A stretch of 58,379 nt of DNA, taken from positions 1 to 58,379 of the forward strand of contig CAIJMQ010000043.1 of the NCBI GenBank assembly GCA_903821905.1. The letters are read 5' to 3'. Below, in pieces: positions 18,724 through 28,837 of the stretch. How positions within the stretch are numbered: the stretch's first letter is position 1; each line of letters opens with the position of its first letter. This DNA comes from an uncultured bacterium. GTDB lineage: Bacteria; CAIJMQ01. The notes beneath the pieces were generated by a model, which saw only the letters and a program-made list of their open reading frames with translations, was not told where the DNA came from and did no database searches. A program made the translations under genes and the position numbers.

Positions 18724-19596
18724 ATGAATCACGTTTACCTTTATATAGCTATAGCTGTTTTTATATTTTTGCTTGGTATTCGTATTGTTCGTCCTACACA
18801 TAGGGGATTGATTGAAAGATTGGGTAAATATAACCGTTTTGCAAATCCCGGTTTCAACTGGGTTTGCCCCATCATTGAAAAGATTTATCTGGTAAACGTA
18901 ACAGAACAAATGGCTGATGCAGAACCGCAGGAAATCATTACCAACGATAATTTAAATGCCAGAGTAGATGCCCAGATTTATTTTAGAGTCAAATCGGATT
19001 CAGATAGCGTGAAAAACTCCCAGTACAACGTTAACATTTATAAATATCAGATAGTTAACCTCGCTCGCACTACCTTGAGAAACATTATCGGAACGCTCAC
19101 TTTAAAGTCCGCCAACAGCGAAAGAGGAAAAATAAATTCCGAACTGCACAAAACCCTTCTTGACGAAACTCAAAGCTGGGGTATTGACATTGTCCGTACG
19201 GAATTAAAAGAAATAGACCCCCCCAAAGATGTTCAAGAAACTATGAATAAAGTGGTGAAAGCCGAAAATGAAAAGATAGCTGCTATTGATTTTGCAACTG
19301 CAGCAGAAACGTTTGCTGACGGTCAAAAGAGAGCGGAGATTAAGAAGGCAGAAGGCATAAAGCAGGCGCGGATTTTACAAGCTCAAGGCGAAGCTGAAGC
19401 GATAAAGTTAGTTAACGAAGCCGCAGAAGAATATTTTGTAGGTAACGCCCAGGTCTTAAGAAAACTTGAAGCTGTTGAGACCTCTTTGCAAAACAATGCA
19501 AAAATAGTCGTTCCTACAAATACAGAATTAGTTAACGTGATAGGCGAATTAGCTGGAGTGTTACCGCTTAAAGAAAAAGAGAAGAAAGAGAAATAA
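18724..19596 (+). CDS. SPFH/band-7 (stomatin/prohibitin-like) membrane protein
   Basis: N-terminal TM, SPFH core, C-terminal coiled-coil Ala/Glu-rich region; 290 aa. Confidence 0.8.
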   Translation: MNHVYLYIAIAVFIFLLGIRIVRPTHRGLIERLGKYNRFANPGFNWVCPIIEKIYLVNVTEQMADAEPQEIITNDNLNARVDAQIYFRVKSDSDSVKNSQYNVNIYKYQIVNLARTTLRNIIGTLTLKSANSERGKINSELHKTLLDETQSWGIDIVRTELKEIDPPKDVQETMNKVVKAENEKIAAIDFATAAETFADGQKRAEIKKAEGIKQARILQAQGEAEAIKLVNEAAEEYFVGNAQVLRKLEAVETSLQNNAKIVVPTNTELVNVIGELAGVLPLKEKEKKEK

Positions 19597-19692
19597 CTCA
19601 TAAATAACTTGATTTGATCTCCGAGATGCATTGAGGATGCAAAAGAAAAAGTAAATTTATGAAAAGATAAACTTTGAGGAGATGATATTAAA

Positions 19693-19992
19693 ATGAATAA
19701 GAAAGTTATAGAACCAGTGATACGAGAGATTGTCGAGAGTATTCATCCTGGCTATGTTTTTGATGCACATTTTATTATTGATAGACTTCTCATAGATTCT
19801 AGAAATGCATATACACAGTTTATAACTAGTTTTGGAAGGAATACAAACATTACTACTAACAGTGTCCATGGATTTATAAGTCAGGCTATTGCTTCTTTTG
19901 AAGGAACATTAATAAAAAGACTTCGATATCCTTCGTTGTCAAGAAATATTCGGAGTAAACCCAGTAGATGCACGATTTGGATTAGAATATAG
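19693..19992 (+). CDS. Hypothetical protein
   Basis: 99-aa ORF with a good RBS (GAGGAG, 8 nt spacing). I recognise no motif. Confidence 0.4.
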   Translation: MNKKVIEPVIREIVESIHPGYVFDAHFIIDRLLIDSRNAYTQFITSFGRNTNITTNSVHGFISQAIASFEGTLIKRLRYPSLSRNIRSKPSRCTIWIRI

Positions 19993-20032
19993 CACCTTCC
20001 AACCTATAAATAGTATTTAGGAGGTAAGGCAA

Positions 20033-20707
20033 ATGAAAACAGGCATAAAAGTGTTTGTAGTTTGTATTGGGGGATTAATGTTCTTTGCAGTATGGGGACA
20101 TTTCAAAGGTGGTTTTGAGAGATGGTCAGAAAAACCTATTTTAACAACTACCACACCTGTTGCTTCATCAATACCACTACAAAAACAAGACAGTTCTAAC
20201 AGTAGTAGTCTGCCTTCGGTTTTATTTCCTCAAATACAAAAACAAGAGACTCTCAAAGTCAAGGGTTTGTATATTGGTATGGATATTACCGAAGCCTACA
20301 ACATCTGTGCACAACTTTGTAAAGGTTCAGAATATAGAGTAGAGGATATCGGTGAGGTTTATAAAGAGATGGAACATACTGAACATAATAAAGAGTTTGG
20401 GTTTATCTCAGGGGGACCCGGATCCTTGGGATGGCATGGAGAGGTTTCCGCTGATAGAGATGGCAAGGTAACTTTATTACAGTTTGAGCCTGGTCTCGTA
20501 GATTACTTATTCAATGTGGGGGAGATGGAAGTTACAGACTTTGTCCAGGAATTCGCTAACTCCTATCATATACCTGAATTCAAAGTCTCTTCATCTGGTA
20601 ACTACTACTATTATGACAGCCCTACAGGATTTAGGGTAGAAATAGATATGGGTAAAAACCTAACGATAAAGGCAATCCCGAGTACTCAAGAACGGAAATT
20701 TGACTGA
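20033..20707 (+). CDS. Hypothetical membrane-anchored protein
   Basis: RBS GGAGGTAAGG; N-terminal TM helix, Ser/Thr/Gln-rich linker, ~150-aa globular domain with no motif I recognise; 224 aa. Confidence 0.5.
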   Translation: MKTGIKVFVVCIGGLMFFAVWGHFKGGFERWSEKPILTTTTPVASSIPLQKQDSSNSSSLPSVLFPQIQKQETLKVKGLYIGMDITEAYNICAQLCKGSEYRVEDIGEVYKEMEHTEHNKEFGFISGGPGSLGWHGEVSADRDGKVTLLQFEPGLVDYLFNVGEMEVTDFVQEFANSYHIPEFKVSSSGNYYYYDSPTGFRVEIDMGKNLTIKAIPSTQERKFD

Positions 20708-20760
20708 ATAATTTCTTTCTTTATTTTTGTACCAAAAGATTCTTCTAAGTCTTTTCGGGA

Positions 20761-21516
20761 CTACTTCGTAGATTTTCTTTTCTGTATCTCCCACAACCTC
20801 GCATATTTCATAAATACGTAATAGTAGGATAGTTTACAGATAATAAATCCCTGTTTTCCATCTAGGAAACCCAACCTAAAAATATAATCTTTTATGAACC
20901 GCAGGATTGGTTTGAATCCAATACCCAAGGTAGTTGCTCTCTCGCCTTCGTCATACATCTGTTCTGCCGAAAGAAGAGTGTATCTGGAGAATTTTTGCAG
21001 GTAATGACCTAAATCACGGTAAGGATAATGGAAGAGTTCGCCTTTTAAGGAACCTGTTTTCCCTTGAACGATTGCAGAAGAGCCGAGCTTTCTTTGTTTG
21101 TAATAGGTTTTCTCTCTCCTGAATAATCTCAATACATAGTCGGGATACCAGCCGGAATGATAAATCCATCTGCCGAGAAATTTGCTCTTTCGCGAGATGT
21201 AATAACCGTCAAGAGAAGGGTTTTCCTTATCAAATAAGTTTTGGATTTCATACTGTAATTTTTCAGAAACTTTTTCATCGGAGTCAACTACCAAAATCCA
21301 TTCGCTTTCTATTTTTCTTAGCGCCCAGTTTAACTGGTCGCCGTAATTGGTATATGTATTTTGGTGGATTTTATCCGTGAATTTCTTGCATATTTCAGGC
21401 GTGTTATCGGTGCTGAAGGAATCGACTATTACGATATCCTTGCACCACTTAACACTTTCTAAGCATTTTTCTATTGTGTCGGAAGAGTTTTTGGTAAGAA
21501 TCACTACTGTAAGCAT
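20761..21516 (-). CDS. Glycosyltransferase family 2
   Basis: VVILTKNSS...IVIVDSFSTD...VVDSDE (DxD) motifs; 251 aa. Confidence 0.85.
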   Translation of the reverse strand: MLTVVILTKNSSDTIEKCLESVKWCKDIVIVDSFSTDNTPEICKKFTDKIHQNTYTNYGDQLNWALRKIESEWILVVDSDEKVSEKLQYEIQNLFDKENPSLDGYYISRKSKFLGRWIYHSGWYPDYVLRLFRREKTYYKQRKLGSSAIVQGKTGSLKGELFHYPYRDLGHYLQKFSRYTLLSAEQMYDEGERATTLGIGFKPILRFIKDYIFRLGFLDGKQGFIICKLSYYYVFMKYARLWEIQKRKSTK

Positions 21517-22634
21517 TTCTTTTCCTTTATTAATTCTTGGTAGAGATTTTCGGTTTCTTTTGCCATTTTGTCAATAGAGAATTCTTTCACCCGTTCATAT
21601 CCGGCGTTTCCCATCTTGTATCTTAAATCTTTATCCTGTATCAATTTTGATAGACCCTCATATAATGCAGTCAGATTTGCAGGAGGGACTATAAAACCGG
21701 TTTCATCTTGTATTATTAATTCTCTCACTCCACCTACATCGGTCGCTACAACAGGCAGGGATGAAGCCATTGCTTCCAGAATAGTATTAGGGAAGCCTTC
21801 TCGAAGTGAGGGTAACACAAATATATCCATACAGGAAAGAAGTTGGGGGATATCTTCTCTTTCGCCTAAGAATCGGAAGTTTTCACTTAAATTTAGAGAC
21901 TTTACTTTAAGGATGAGTTCTTCCTTCAAATAGCCTTCGCCGATTATTAAGAATAGAAGAGATTCGTGCTCTGTTAAGAGTTTTTCAACTACGTCAATTA
22001 AGAATTCGTGGCCTTTCTGGGGATGTATTCTTCCGACCGTTCCTATTACACAGGTGTTTTCATCTATTCCGAGTTCTTTTCTTTTTTTATCTCTTAACTT
22101 TTTGTTATTGAATTTATCCAGTTCAATACCGTTATAAATAAGATGGAATTTGCAGGATGGGATGCCTGTTGACTGACAAAATTTTTGGACGCCCTTTGAT
22201 ACGACTATTATTCTGTCTGTGGAACGGGATAAAAAACGGTCTATTAATTTCTGGAAGGCGTTTTTCCATTCATCTACATTGTGTTCATTGGCGATGATTA
22301 TAGGAATACCCGCTAAGATTGCGGCTATTCTGGCTGTTGTATTGGGTTTATGTGTATGGGTGTGGACTATTTGTATCTTTTCAGATTTCATGATGTGAAT
22401 CAGACGAATGATACATATCGGGTCAAACTTGAATTTTCGCGGGACTATAAAAACTTTATATCCTGCTTCAGTCAAAATTTTCTTAAGAGGACCATCTTTA
22501 AAAGAGCACACAGAAATATTAAATTTTTCTTTATTGATATATGGAATCAGTGAGACTAATCTTCTCTGTACTCCGCCGGTTCCTAGATTAGATACAACAC
22601 GCAGGACGTTTATTTTAATTATTCCCCCCAGCAT
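21504..22634 (-). CDS. Glycosyltransferase family 4
   Basis: GT-B fold, REGFPNTILEAMA...E-x7-E region; 376 aa; overlaps the downstream GT2 by 13 nt. Confidence 0.8.
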   Translation of the reverse strand: MLGGIIKINVLRVVSNLGTGGVQRRLVSLIPYINKEKFNISVCSFKDGPLKKILTEAGYKVFIVPRKFKFDPICIIRLIHIMKSEKIQIVHTHTHKPNTTARIAAILAGIPIIIANEHNVDEWKNAFQKLIDRFLSRSTDRIIVVSKGVQKFCQSTGIPSCKFHLIYNGIELDKFNNKKLRDKKRKELGIDENTCVIGTVGRIHPQKGHEFLIDVVEKLLTEHESLLFLIIGEGYLKEELILKVKSLNLSENFRFLGEREDIPQLLSCMDIFVLPSLREGFPNTILEAMASSLPVVATDVGGVRELIIQDETGFIVPPANLTALYEGLSKLIQDKDLRYKMGNAGYERVKEFSIDKMAKETENLYQELIKEKKCLQ

Positions 22635-22650
22635 TCAGAATCTATATATC

Positions 22651-23514
22651 TTATCTTTTTTCTTCTCTCCATTTTTTCATCTCTTCTATCGCCTGATACG
22701 GAACTTTCACTTTTCCTAATAGGGTTTTCCCTTTTGCAATGCCGTGACAGTCCGACCCGCCAGAGATTAAAAGATTATATTTCTTTGCTATTTCAACATA
22801 CTTGGATGATGGATTTCTGCCGTGGTCAACATAATAAACTTCAATTCCTTCAATCCCTTCTTCTATAAGTTGAGGGATGACATTTTCATCTCTTAGAAGG
22901 TGCGGATGGGCTATTATAGGAATGCCCCCCGATTCTTTTATTAAAGATATTGCTCTTTTTGAAGAGAGGCGTTTCCTGTTTACATAGACGGACTTCCCAT
23001 CTCCGAGAAATTTTTCAAATGCCTCACCGGTGTTTTTTACATAACCTTTCATAACCATTGCTTGAGCAAGATGAAGCCTGCCGATTATATCTTTTGTTTT
23101 GAATTTTTCTATTTCTTCCATGGTGATAGGCATCCCCATTTCAGTTAGTTTCTTGAGCATCTCGTCCATTCTGTCTTTTCTTCCAGAAGATAGTCCTTTT
23201 AAGATTTTTAACAAATTTGGATATTTGTAATCTATAAATAATCCTACAATATGGAGTTCTTCGGAGGGGTTAACTTCTGAAGATAATTCTACCCCGGGAA
23301 TTATCTCAAGAGTGTTTCCTGCTTTTTCTATAACGTGAGCAATGCCTTCAACTGTATCGTGGTCAGTTATTGCAATTGCCCGGAAGTTTCCTGCCAAAGC
23401 TTTCTGCACAATACTCTGCGGTGTATATTCTCCGTCCGAATAAATAGTATGCAGATGCAAGTCTGCATATCCCTTAGTGTACTTGTTGTCAATTAATGTT
23501 TCCAAATTATTCAT
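22651..23514 (-). CDS. PHP-domain metal-dependent phosphoesterase
   Basis: ADLHLHTIYSDG and ITDHDT His-rich motifs of the PHP fold; 287 aa; 4-nt overlap with alr. Confidence 0.75.
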   Translation of the reverse strand: MNNLETLIDNKYTKGYADLHLHTIYSDGEYTPQSIVQKALAGNFRAIAITDHDTVEGIAHVIEKAGNTLEIIPGVELSSEVNPSEELHIVGLFIDYKYPNLLKILKGLSSGRKDRMDEMLKKLTEMGMPITMEEIEKFKTKDIIGRLHLAQAMVMKGYVKNTGEAFEKFLGDGKSVYVNRKRLSSKRAISLIKESGGIPIIAHPHLLRDENVIPQLIEEGIEGIEVYYVDHGRNPSSKYVEIAKKYNLLISGGSDCHGIAKGKTLLGKVKVPYQAIEEMKKWREEKR

Positions 23515-24617
23515 TTATAAACCCTTTTCACCTTTCTCCCTATCATGCAAACCACTTCATAAGGAATAGTACCAATCTTGGATGCAACTTCTTCAACAGT
23601 AATCTTTTCATTTTTTTGTTTGCCGATTAAAACTACTTCATCACCTATTTTAACTCTGGGTATTTTGCTGACATCTACCATTGTTTGGTCCATACATACT
23701 CTGCCGACTACAGGAGCCCTTTTCCCGCGGATGATAACTTCACCTTTATTGGATAGTGCCCTATTATATCCATCTCCATATCCTATAGGCAGTGTTGCTA
23801 TTATCGAGGGATGCTGAGTGGTATATGTCCTGCCATAACTTATAGTTGTACCTTTAGGTAATTTTCTTAAGCTCACTATTCTGGTTATAAATGATAAAGC
23901 TGGTTCAAGTTTAACCGTCTTTTTAACATTAACAGATGGATAGTATCCATATATCATTAAACCGGGGCGTACCATATTAAAATAACTTTCAGGAAAATTC
24001 ATAATGGCTGCGCTATTTGCGGTATGTTTCAGGGGAATTTCTATGCCGTTTACCTTTAGTTTCTGAATGAGGTTATTAAAATTTTTGATTTGCTGACAGG
24101 TAAAATCTTTGTCAATTGCATCTGCGGACGGGAAATGAGTGTATATTCCTTCTATGTTAAGGTTCTTTAGTTTCTTGACCCGTTTAATAAAATCTATCGC
24201 ATTAGGTAATCTTACGCCGATTCTTCCCATGCCTGTGTCTATGTCAATGTGCACTTTTGCTTTCTTACCTTTTCTTGAAGCTTCTTTATCCAAAGCGTGA
24301 GCTACTTCAAGAGAACACAATGTTTGAGAGAGGTTGTATTTAACTATTTCTTCTGCTTCTTCCGGGAGGACACCATTGAGTATTAGAATGGGAAGTTTTG
24401 TGCTGATTTTTCTTAAGAACAAACCTTCTTCAACGGATGCTACGGCAAGATAATCTACATTCCCCCGGATAGTTTCTACAATTTTTTCTACCCCATGGCC
24501 ATAAGCGTCTGTTTTAACACAGGCAAGAATTTTTATATTTTTGCCAATTTTTCTTCTAAGAAGTTTTATATTATTTCTGACAGCTTTTAAAGATACTATC
24601 GCTTTTGTTAGTTGCAT
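23511..24617 (-). CDS. alr: Alanine racemase
   Basis: PLP-Lys motif ACVKTDAYGHG and a C-terminal beta domain; 368 aa. Confidence 0.9.
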   Translation of the reverse strand: MQLTKAIVSLKAVRNNIKLLRRKIGKNIKILACVKTDAYGHGVEKIVETIRGNVDYLAVASVEEGLFLRKISTKLPILILNGVLPEEAEEIVKYNLSQTLCSLEVAHALDKEASRKGKKAKVHIDIDTGMGRIGVRLPNAIDFIKRVKKLKNLNIEGIYTHFPSADAIDKDFTCQQIKNFNNLIQKLKVNGIEIPLKHTANSAAIMNFPESYFNMVRPGLMIYGYYPSVNVKKTVKLEPALSFITRIVSLRKLPKGTTISYGRTYTTQHPSIIATLPIGYGDGYNRALSNKGEVIIRGKRAPVVGRVCMDQTMVDVSKIPRVKIGDEVVLIGKQKNEKITVEEVASKIGTIPYEVVCMIGRKVKRVYK

Positions 24618-24698
24618 TTATTTAAATTTGGGTTAAAGTGCATTATAGGTCAATCGATTTGGTCTTTTCAAACTGGGAGAGGACGCAAGCTTTGGAAG

Positions 24699-24707
24699 TG
24701 GTATAAT
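24699..24707 (+). promoter_or_regulatory. Extended -10 element TGgTATAAT upstream of acpS
   Basis: Exact TGnTATAAT match 28 nt before the acpS start. Confidence 0.4.
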
Positions 24708-24734
24708 TAACACGAAGTTTAAAATTATAAAACA

Positions 24735-25118
24735 ATGATTACGGGAATCGGGACAGATATTATCAGTATCGAGAGAATAAAAAAGATTATGAATGACAGG
24801 GGTGAGCAATTCTTAAATCTTGTATTCACTGCTGGAGAGAAGAAGTACTGCCAGAGTAAAAAGTTCCCTTGGGTTCATTTTGCCGGCCGATTTGCTGCCA
24901 AAGAATCGGTATTTAAAGTTTTAAAGACAGGCTGGGGGCTTGGGGTTAAATGGACAGATGTGGAAGTAATTAAGAGTAAGAATGGCGAGCCGGGAATATT
25001 ACTAAAAGGGCAAACCAAACTGATAGCACGAAGGAAAGGTATAAAGAAAATTCTTCTGAGTATTTCCCATGACAGAAAATACGCTATGGCAACAGCTATA
25101 GGAGAAGGTCTTGACTAA
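24735..25118 (+). CDS. acpS: Holo-[acyl-carrier-protein] synthase
   Basis: GIGTDIISIERI start and KESVFK motif; 127 aa. Confidence 0.85.
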   Translation: MITGIGTDIISIERIKKIMNDRGEQFLNLVFTAGEKKYCQSKKFPWVHFAGRFAAKESVFKVLKTGWGLGVKWTDVEVIKSKNGEPGILLKGQTKLIARRKGIKKILLSISHDRKYAMATAIGEGLD

Positions 25119-25596
25119 AGGCAAAGTAATAGAAGACATAAACTTGCTCAAAGAAAAACTTCTTAAAGAAAAAAACAATAATAAACGAATAGTTTTTACA
25201 AATGGATGTTTTGACCTCATTCACAAAGGGCATATAACTCTCCTAAAAAAAGCAAAGAACGAGGGAGATATATTAGTGGTGGCTGTCAATTCGGACGAAT
25301 CGGTAAGAAAACTAAAAGGAGAAGGACGGCCGATGTTTCCTGCTTATGAGAGGGCTGAGATACTGGCAAGTTTTCAGATGGTAGATTTTGTGACTATATT
25401 TAATGAAGAAACCCCTTATAAGATTATATTACAGCTCAAACCGGATATTCTAGTCAAAGGCGGAGATTGGGGAAAAGATCAAGTTGTGGGTAGAGATATT
25501 GTTGAGGAGAACGGGGGTAAAGTTGTAATAATTCCGCAGGTAAAAGACCATTCTACTTCTAAGATAATTGAGAAGATAAGAGATAACCATGGATGA
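25111..25596 (+). CDS. D-glycero-beta-D-manno-heptose-1-phosphate adenylyltransferase (RfaE domain II-type cytidylyltransferase)
   Basis: VFTNGCFDLIHKGH nucleotidyltransferase motif; 161 aa; the heptosyltransferase is nearby. Confidence 0.8.
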   Translation: MTKGKVIEDINLLKEKLLKEKNNNKRIVFTNGCFDLIHKGHITLLKKAKNEGDILVVAVNSDESVRKLKGEGRPMFPAYERAEILASFQMVDFVTIFNEETPYKIILQLKPDILVKGGDWGKDQVVGRDIVEENGGKVVIIPQVKDHSTSKIIEKIRDNHG

Positions 25597-26647
25597 TAAG
25601 AGAATATACCGAATATTAGATGCTAATATCAATAGGGCAAGGGAAGGCATAAGAGTAATAGAAGAGAGCCTGCGGTTTGTTTTCCAGAAAAAGGAATTCG
25701 CTGAAAAGTTAAGAGGTTTAAGGCATGAAGTTTCGCATATCCCTTTGGTTTTAAAAATATCTTCGGCGAAACTTTTTAACTGTAGAGAAAGTGAAACAGA
25801 TATTGGAAAGAAAAGAATAGAAAGTGATAGAAAAGACCTGCAGGAAATAATAGCTTCTAATTTTTCAAGAGTCGAGGAAAGCGTCAGGGTTTTGGAAGAA
25901 TATTCAAGGATTATCAACCCAAAAGCTACCGGTAAAATCAAGAAAATAAGGTTTGATTTGTATGCTCTTCAAAAGAAAATTCAACTCTCTCTTTATAGAA
26001 AAAATCTTGCGTATATGCTTGGCTTTTATGTTATTACTGATGAAGAAATAGCAGGCAAATCACACGCCGAAATAGTGTCTGAGGCGGTCAAAGGCGGGGC
26101 AAATACTATTCAGTTGCGGGACAAGAAGAGTTCAGATGATAAAATTTACAGTGAGGCAAAGAAAATAAGAAGTTTGATTCCTCAAGATGAAATTCTTTTT
26201 ATTGTAAACGATAGGGTAGATATTGCGGTAGTTTCCGAAGCTGATGGTGTTCATCTGGGTAAGTGTGATTTACCTATTTATGAGGCGCGGAAGATGTTAG
26301 GAGAAGACAAGATTATTGGAATATCTTGCGGTAACGTAGAAGAAGCTGTAAAAGCAGAAAAATTGGGCGCAGATTATGTTGCATTAGGCCCAATCTTTCC
26401 TACAAATACGAAGCAAGATGTACCATCTCCTTTGGGAACGAGAATAATAAAAGAAGTGAAGAAGAGGATATCTATACCGGTTGTGGCTATAGGGGGGATA
26501 AAAGAAGATAACATGAAATTAGTATTAGAAGTAGGGGCTGACAGCATTGCTATGATTTCCGAGGTCCTAAGGAGTGATAATATTGCCACTAAAGTAAGAA
26601 GCTTGAAAAAGAAATTTCTCAATTGCAAACCGAGGAACAAAAAGTAG
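25589..26647 (+). CDS. thiE: Thiamine-phosphate synthase with a ~135-aa N-terminal extra domain
   Basis: C-terminal ThiE TIM-barrel motifs (YVITDE, TIQLRDK, ALGPIFPTNTK, VAIGGI). The N-terminal domain has no motif I recognise. 352 aa. Confidence 0.75.
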   Translation: MDDKRIYRILDANINRAREGIRVIEESLRFVFQKKEFAEKLRGLRHEVSHIPLVLKISSAKLFNCRESETDIGKKRIESDRKDLQEIIASNFSRVEESVRVLEEYSRIINPKATGKIKKIRFDLYALQKKIQLSLYRKNLAYMLGFYVITDEEIAGKSHAEIVSEAVKGGANTIQLRDKKSSDDKIYSEAKKIRSLIPQDEILFIVNDRVDIAVVSEADGVHLGKCDLPIYEARKMLGEDKIIGISCGNVEEAVKAEKLGADYVALGPIFPTNTKQDVPSPLGTRIIKEVKKRISIPVVAIGGIKEDNMKLVLEVGADSIAMISEVLRSDNIATKVRSLKKKFLNCKPRNKK

Positions 26648-26687
26648 TAGAAACCTCTTTCCAAATGCCCTTAATTTTGGTATACTA

Positions 26688-27704
26688 TTGACCTATATGG
26701 TAAAGAATAACAATTCAAAAAGTGGCTACATAAAACTTGTGTCACCTTGGAAAGTTCATGAGCTTTTAAAAGAGGGGTGGCATGAGGCGGATCTTCATGT
26801 CCATACGTATTATTCAGCTGATGTTCTACCTTCAAAATTTCTCGATCCAGTTGTACTCTATGAAAAAGCGCGTAAAAGGGGGATGAAGTACATTACTTTC
26901 ACCGATCACGACAGTATGGATGCTTATGACCGTATTGGTTGGACGAGAGAAGGATTAGTACCGGGCGTAGAAATAAAAATCAAAGATGTGAAACATGTAG
27001 GACACTCTGTTCATATGAATGTCTATGAACTCAACAAACTGCAGTTTAAAGAATTAATGGAAATAGCAAAAATCAAAAAAGATATTGTAGCATTCATAAC
27101 GTATCTTAAAACAAAGAATCTGCCATTTGTTTACAATCATCCTTTCTGGTATGACCGTGGGGAAAAACCCAATTTGAAAGTTGTCAATGCGATTCTCAAG
27201 TTATGCCCTGTAACTGAATATAATATGCACAGAGTTTGGCAAAAGAATAAACTTGCTCTAAAACTTGCAGAGAAATACGGTAAGGGAATTATAGCTTCTA
27301 CTGATACCCATGTAGGCGATATCGGTAGGGCATCTACTTTTGCTAAGGGGGAAACTTTCAGAGAATTTTTTAATAATATCTCCGAGGGGAAATTTTATTT
27401 AAACCCTCAAGATTTAACAGTAGATATTTTAAGAGAAGAAATCAATATGTGGATTGAACTTACTTTTAATCTTGATGTAGACAGATTAGAAAAAATGGTT
27501 CACACACAGATACGTGGCATGAATTACTTTATAAATTTATTTTCAAGAGGTGCTTTTGAAGATTATCCCCTAGTTCGAAAATCAGCAAAACGTATTTTCT
27601 CGGCAATTGCAAAATCAGGCGCACCGGAGTTCTGTTATGTAAGACATCAGAATTTCCTCGGTTACAAGATGAATCGGCATTTACGTCTTGCCGAAATTAT
27701 CTAA
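26688..27704 (+). CDS. PHP-domain protein (metal-dependent phosphoesterase family)
   Basis: ADLHVHTYYSAD and FTDHDS motifs; 338 aa. Confidence 0.7.
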   Translation: MTYMVKNNNSKSGYIKLVSPWKVHELLKEGWHEADLHVHTYYSADVLPSKFLDPVVLYEKARKRGMKYITFTDHDSMDAYDRIGWTREGLVPGVEIKIKDVKHVGHSVHMNVYELNKLQFKELMEIAKIKKDIVAFITYLKTKNLPFVYNHPFWYDRGEKPNLKVVNAILKLCPVTEYNMHRVWQKNKLALKLAEKYGKGIIASTDTHVGDIGRASTFAKGETFREFFNNISEGKFYLNPQDLTVDILREEINMWIELTFNLDVDRLEKMVHTQIRGMNYFINLFSRGAFEDYPLVRKSAKRIFSAIAKSGAPEFCYVRHQNFLGYKMNRHLRLAEII

Positions 27705-27706
27705 AA

Positions 27707-28801
27707 ATGGCTCATGTTTTTGTGTCTCCTCTTTCTTGGGGGTTGGGACATGCAACAAGAGATACTCCGATAATCAGAGAACTCCTGAAGCACAATCATA
27801 AAGTAACTATTGCCTCAAGCGGTCCAGCGCTTACATTCCTCAAAAAAGAATTTCCCCAATGTACCTTTATATATTTACCGGATTACCCTGCTCCATATAC
27901 GAAAAGCCGTTTCTATGTTGCCAAATTTACTATATATATTCCGATTATTGTACATGCCATTAATGTAGAAGAAAAAACAGCCCATCGGCTTTTTACAGAG
28001 AAAAAATACGATCTAATAATCAGCGATAACAGATTTGGAGTATATTCTAAAGATATTCCTTCTTTTTTCATCTCTCACCAATTACGGTTTAGCGCTCCTA
28101 AAATTCTTTCTTTTGCAGAAGAATGGGCACAAAACTTTAACAGTCATTTTCATGCCAGATTCACAAGAGTTATTGTCCCCGACAACAGCCCCGACACAGT
28201 ATCATTGAGCGGAATTCTTTCTTGTAATAACAGGCCAGCTACTTTGGAACGGATATACTATGCAGGGATACTTTCCAGTATAAGAAAGTTGAATTTGCCT
28301 GAAGATATAGATTTCTTAATAAGTGTTTCCGGTCCTGAACCACAGAGGACAATATTGGAAGAAGTAATGATGAAGCAGGTTCGAAAACTTCCGGGCAGGA
28401 AATTTGTACTTCTTGGTAGGCCTGCCGAAGATTTTGAGTATAAGATGGATGAATTTACAACTGTTAAATCTCATGCTGGGCGTGAAGAAATGAGTGTTCT
28501 AATGAACCGTGCAAAATTTATAATAAGCCGTTCCGGCTATACAACGATGATGGAAATTGCGGAATTAGGTAAGAAACATTGCTTTTTTATACCAACACCT
28601 GGACAGACAGAACAGGAATACCTATCGCAATACTATATGGAAAAAGGATGGTTTTATTCAAAGAGCCAGTATTCTCTTGATATTTTGAAAGATATTGAAG
28701 AAACTAAGAAATATTCAGGTTTCCCGACGATGCAGAATTCAGAATCTAATGCTGAAAAGTTATACGAAGAATTGTTTGCACCTATTTTAGAAAAAAATTA
28801 G
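27707..28801 (+). CDS. GT-B glycosyltransferase (GT1/GT28 MGT-like)
   Basis: N-terminal WGLGHATRD motif and C-terminal G-loop SRSGYTTMME; 364 aa; starts 2 nt after the PHP gene. Confidence 0.7.
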   Translation: MAHVFVSPLSWGLGHATRDTPIIRELLKHNHKVTIASSGPALTFLKKEFPQCTFIYLPDYPAPYTKSRFYVAKFTIYIPIIVHAINVEEKTAHRLFTEKKYDLIISDNRFGVYSKDIPSFFISHQLRFSAPKILSFAEEWAQNFNSHFHARFTRVIVPDNSPDTVSLSGILSCNNRPATLERIYYAGILSSIRKLNLPEDIDFLISVSGPEPQRTILEEVMMKQVRKLPGRKFVLLGRPAEDFEYKMDEFTTVKSHAGREEMSVLMNRAKFIISRSGYTTMMEIAELGKKHCFFIPTPGQTEQEYLSQYYMEKGWFYSKSQYSLDILKDIEETKKYSGFPTMQNSESNAEKLYEELFAPILEKN

Positions 28802-28837
28802 TTTTTTGCCCACCTCAAATATCCTATGGCAATTCTT

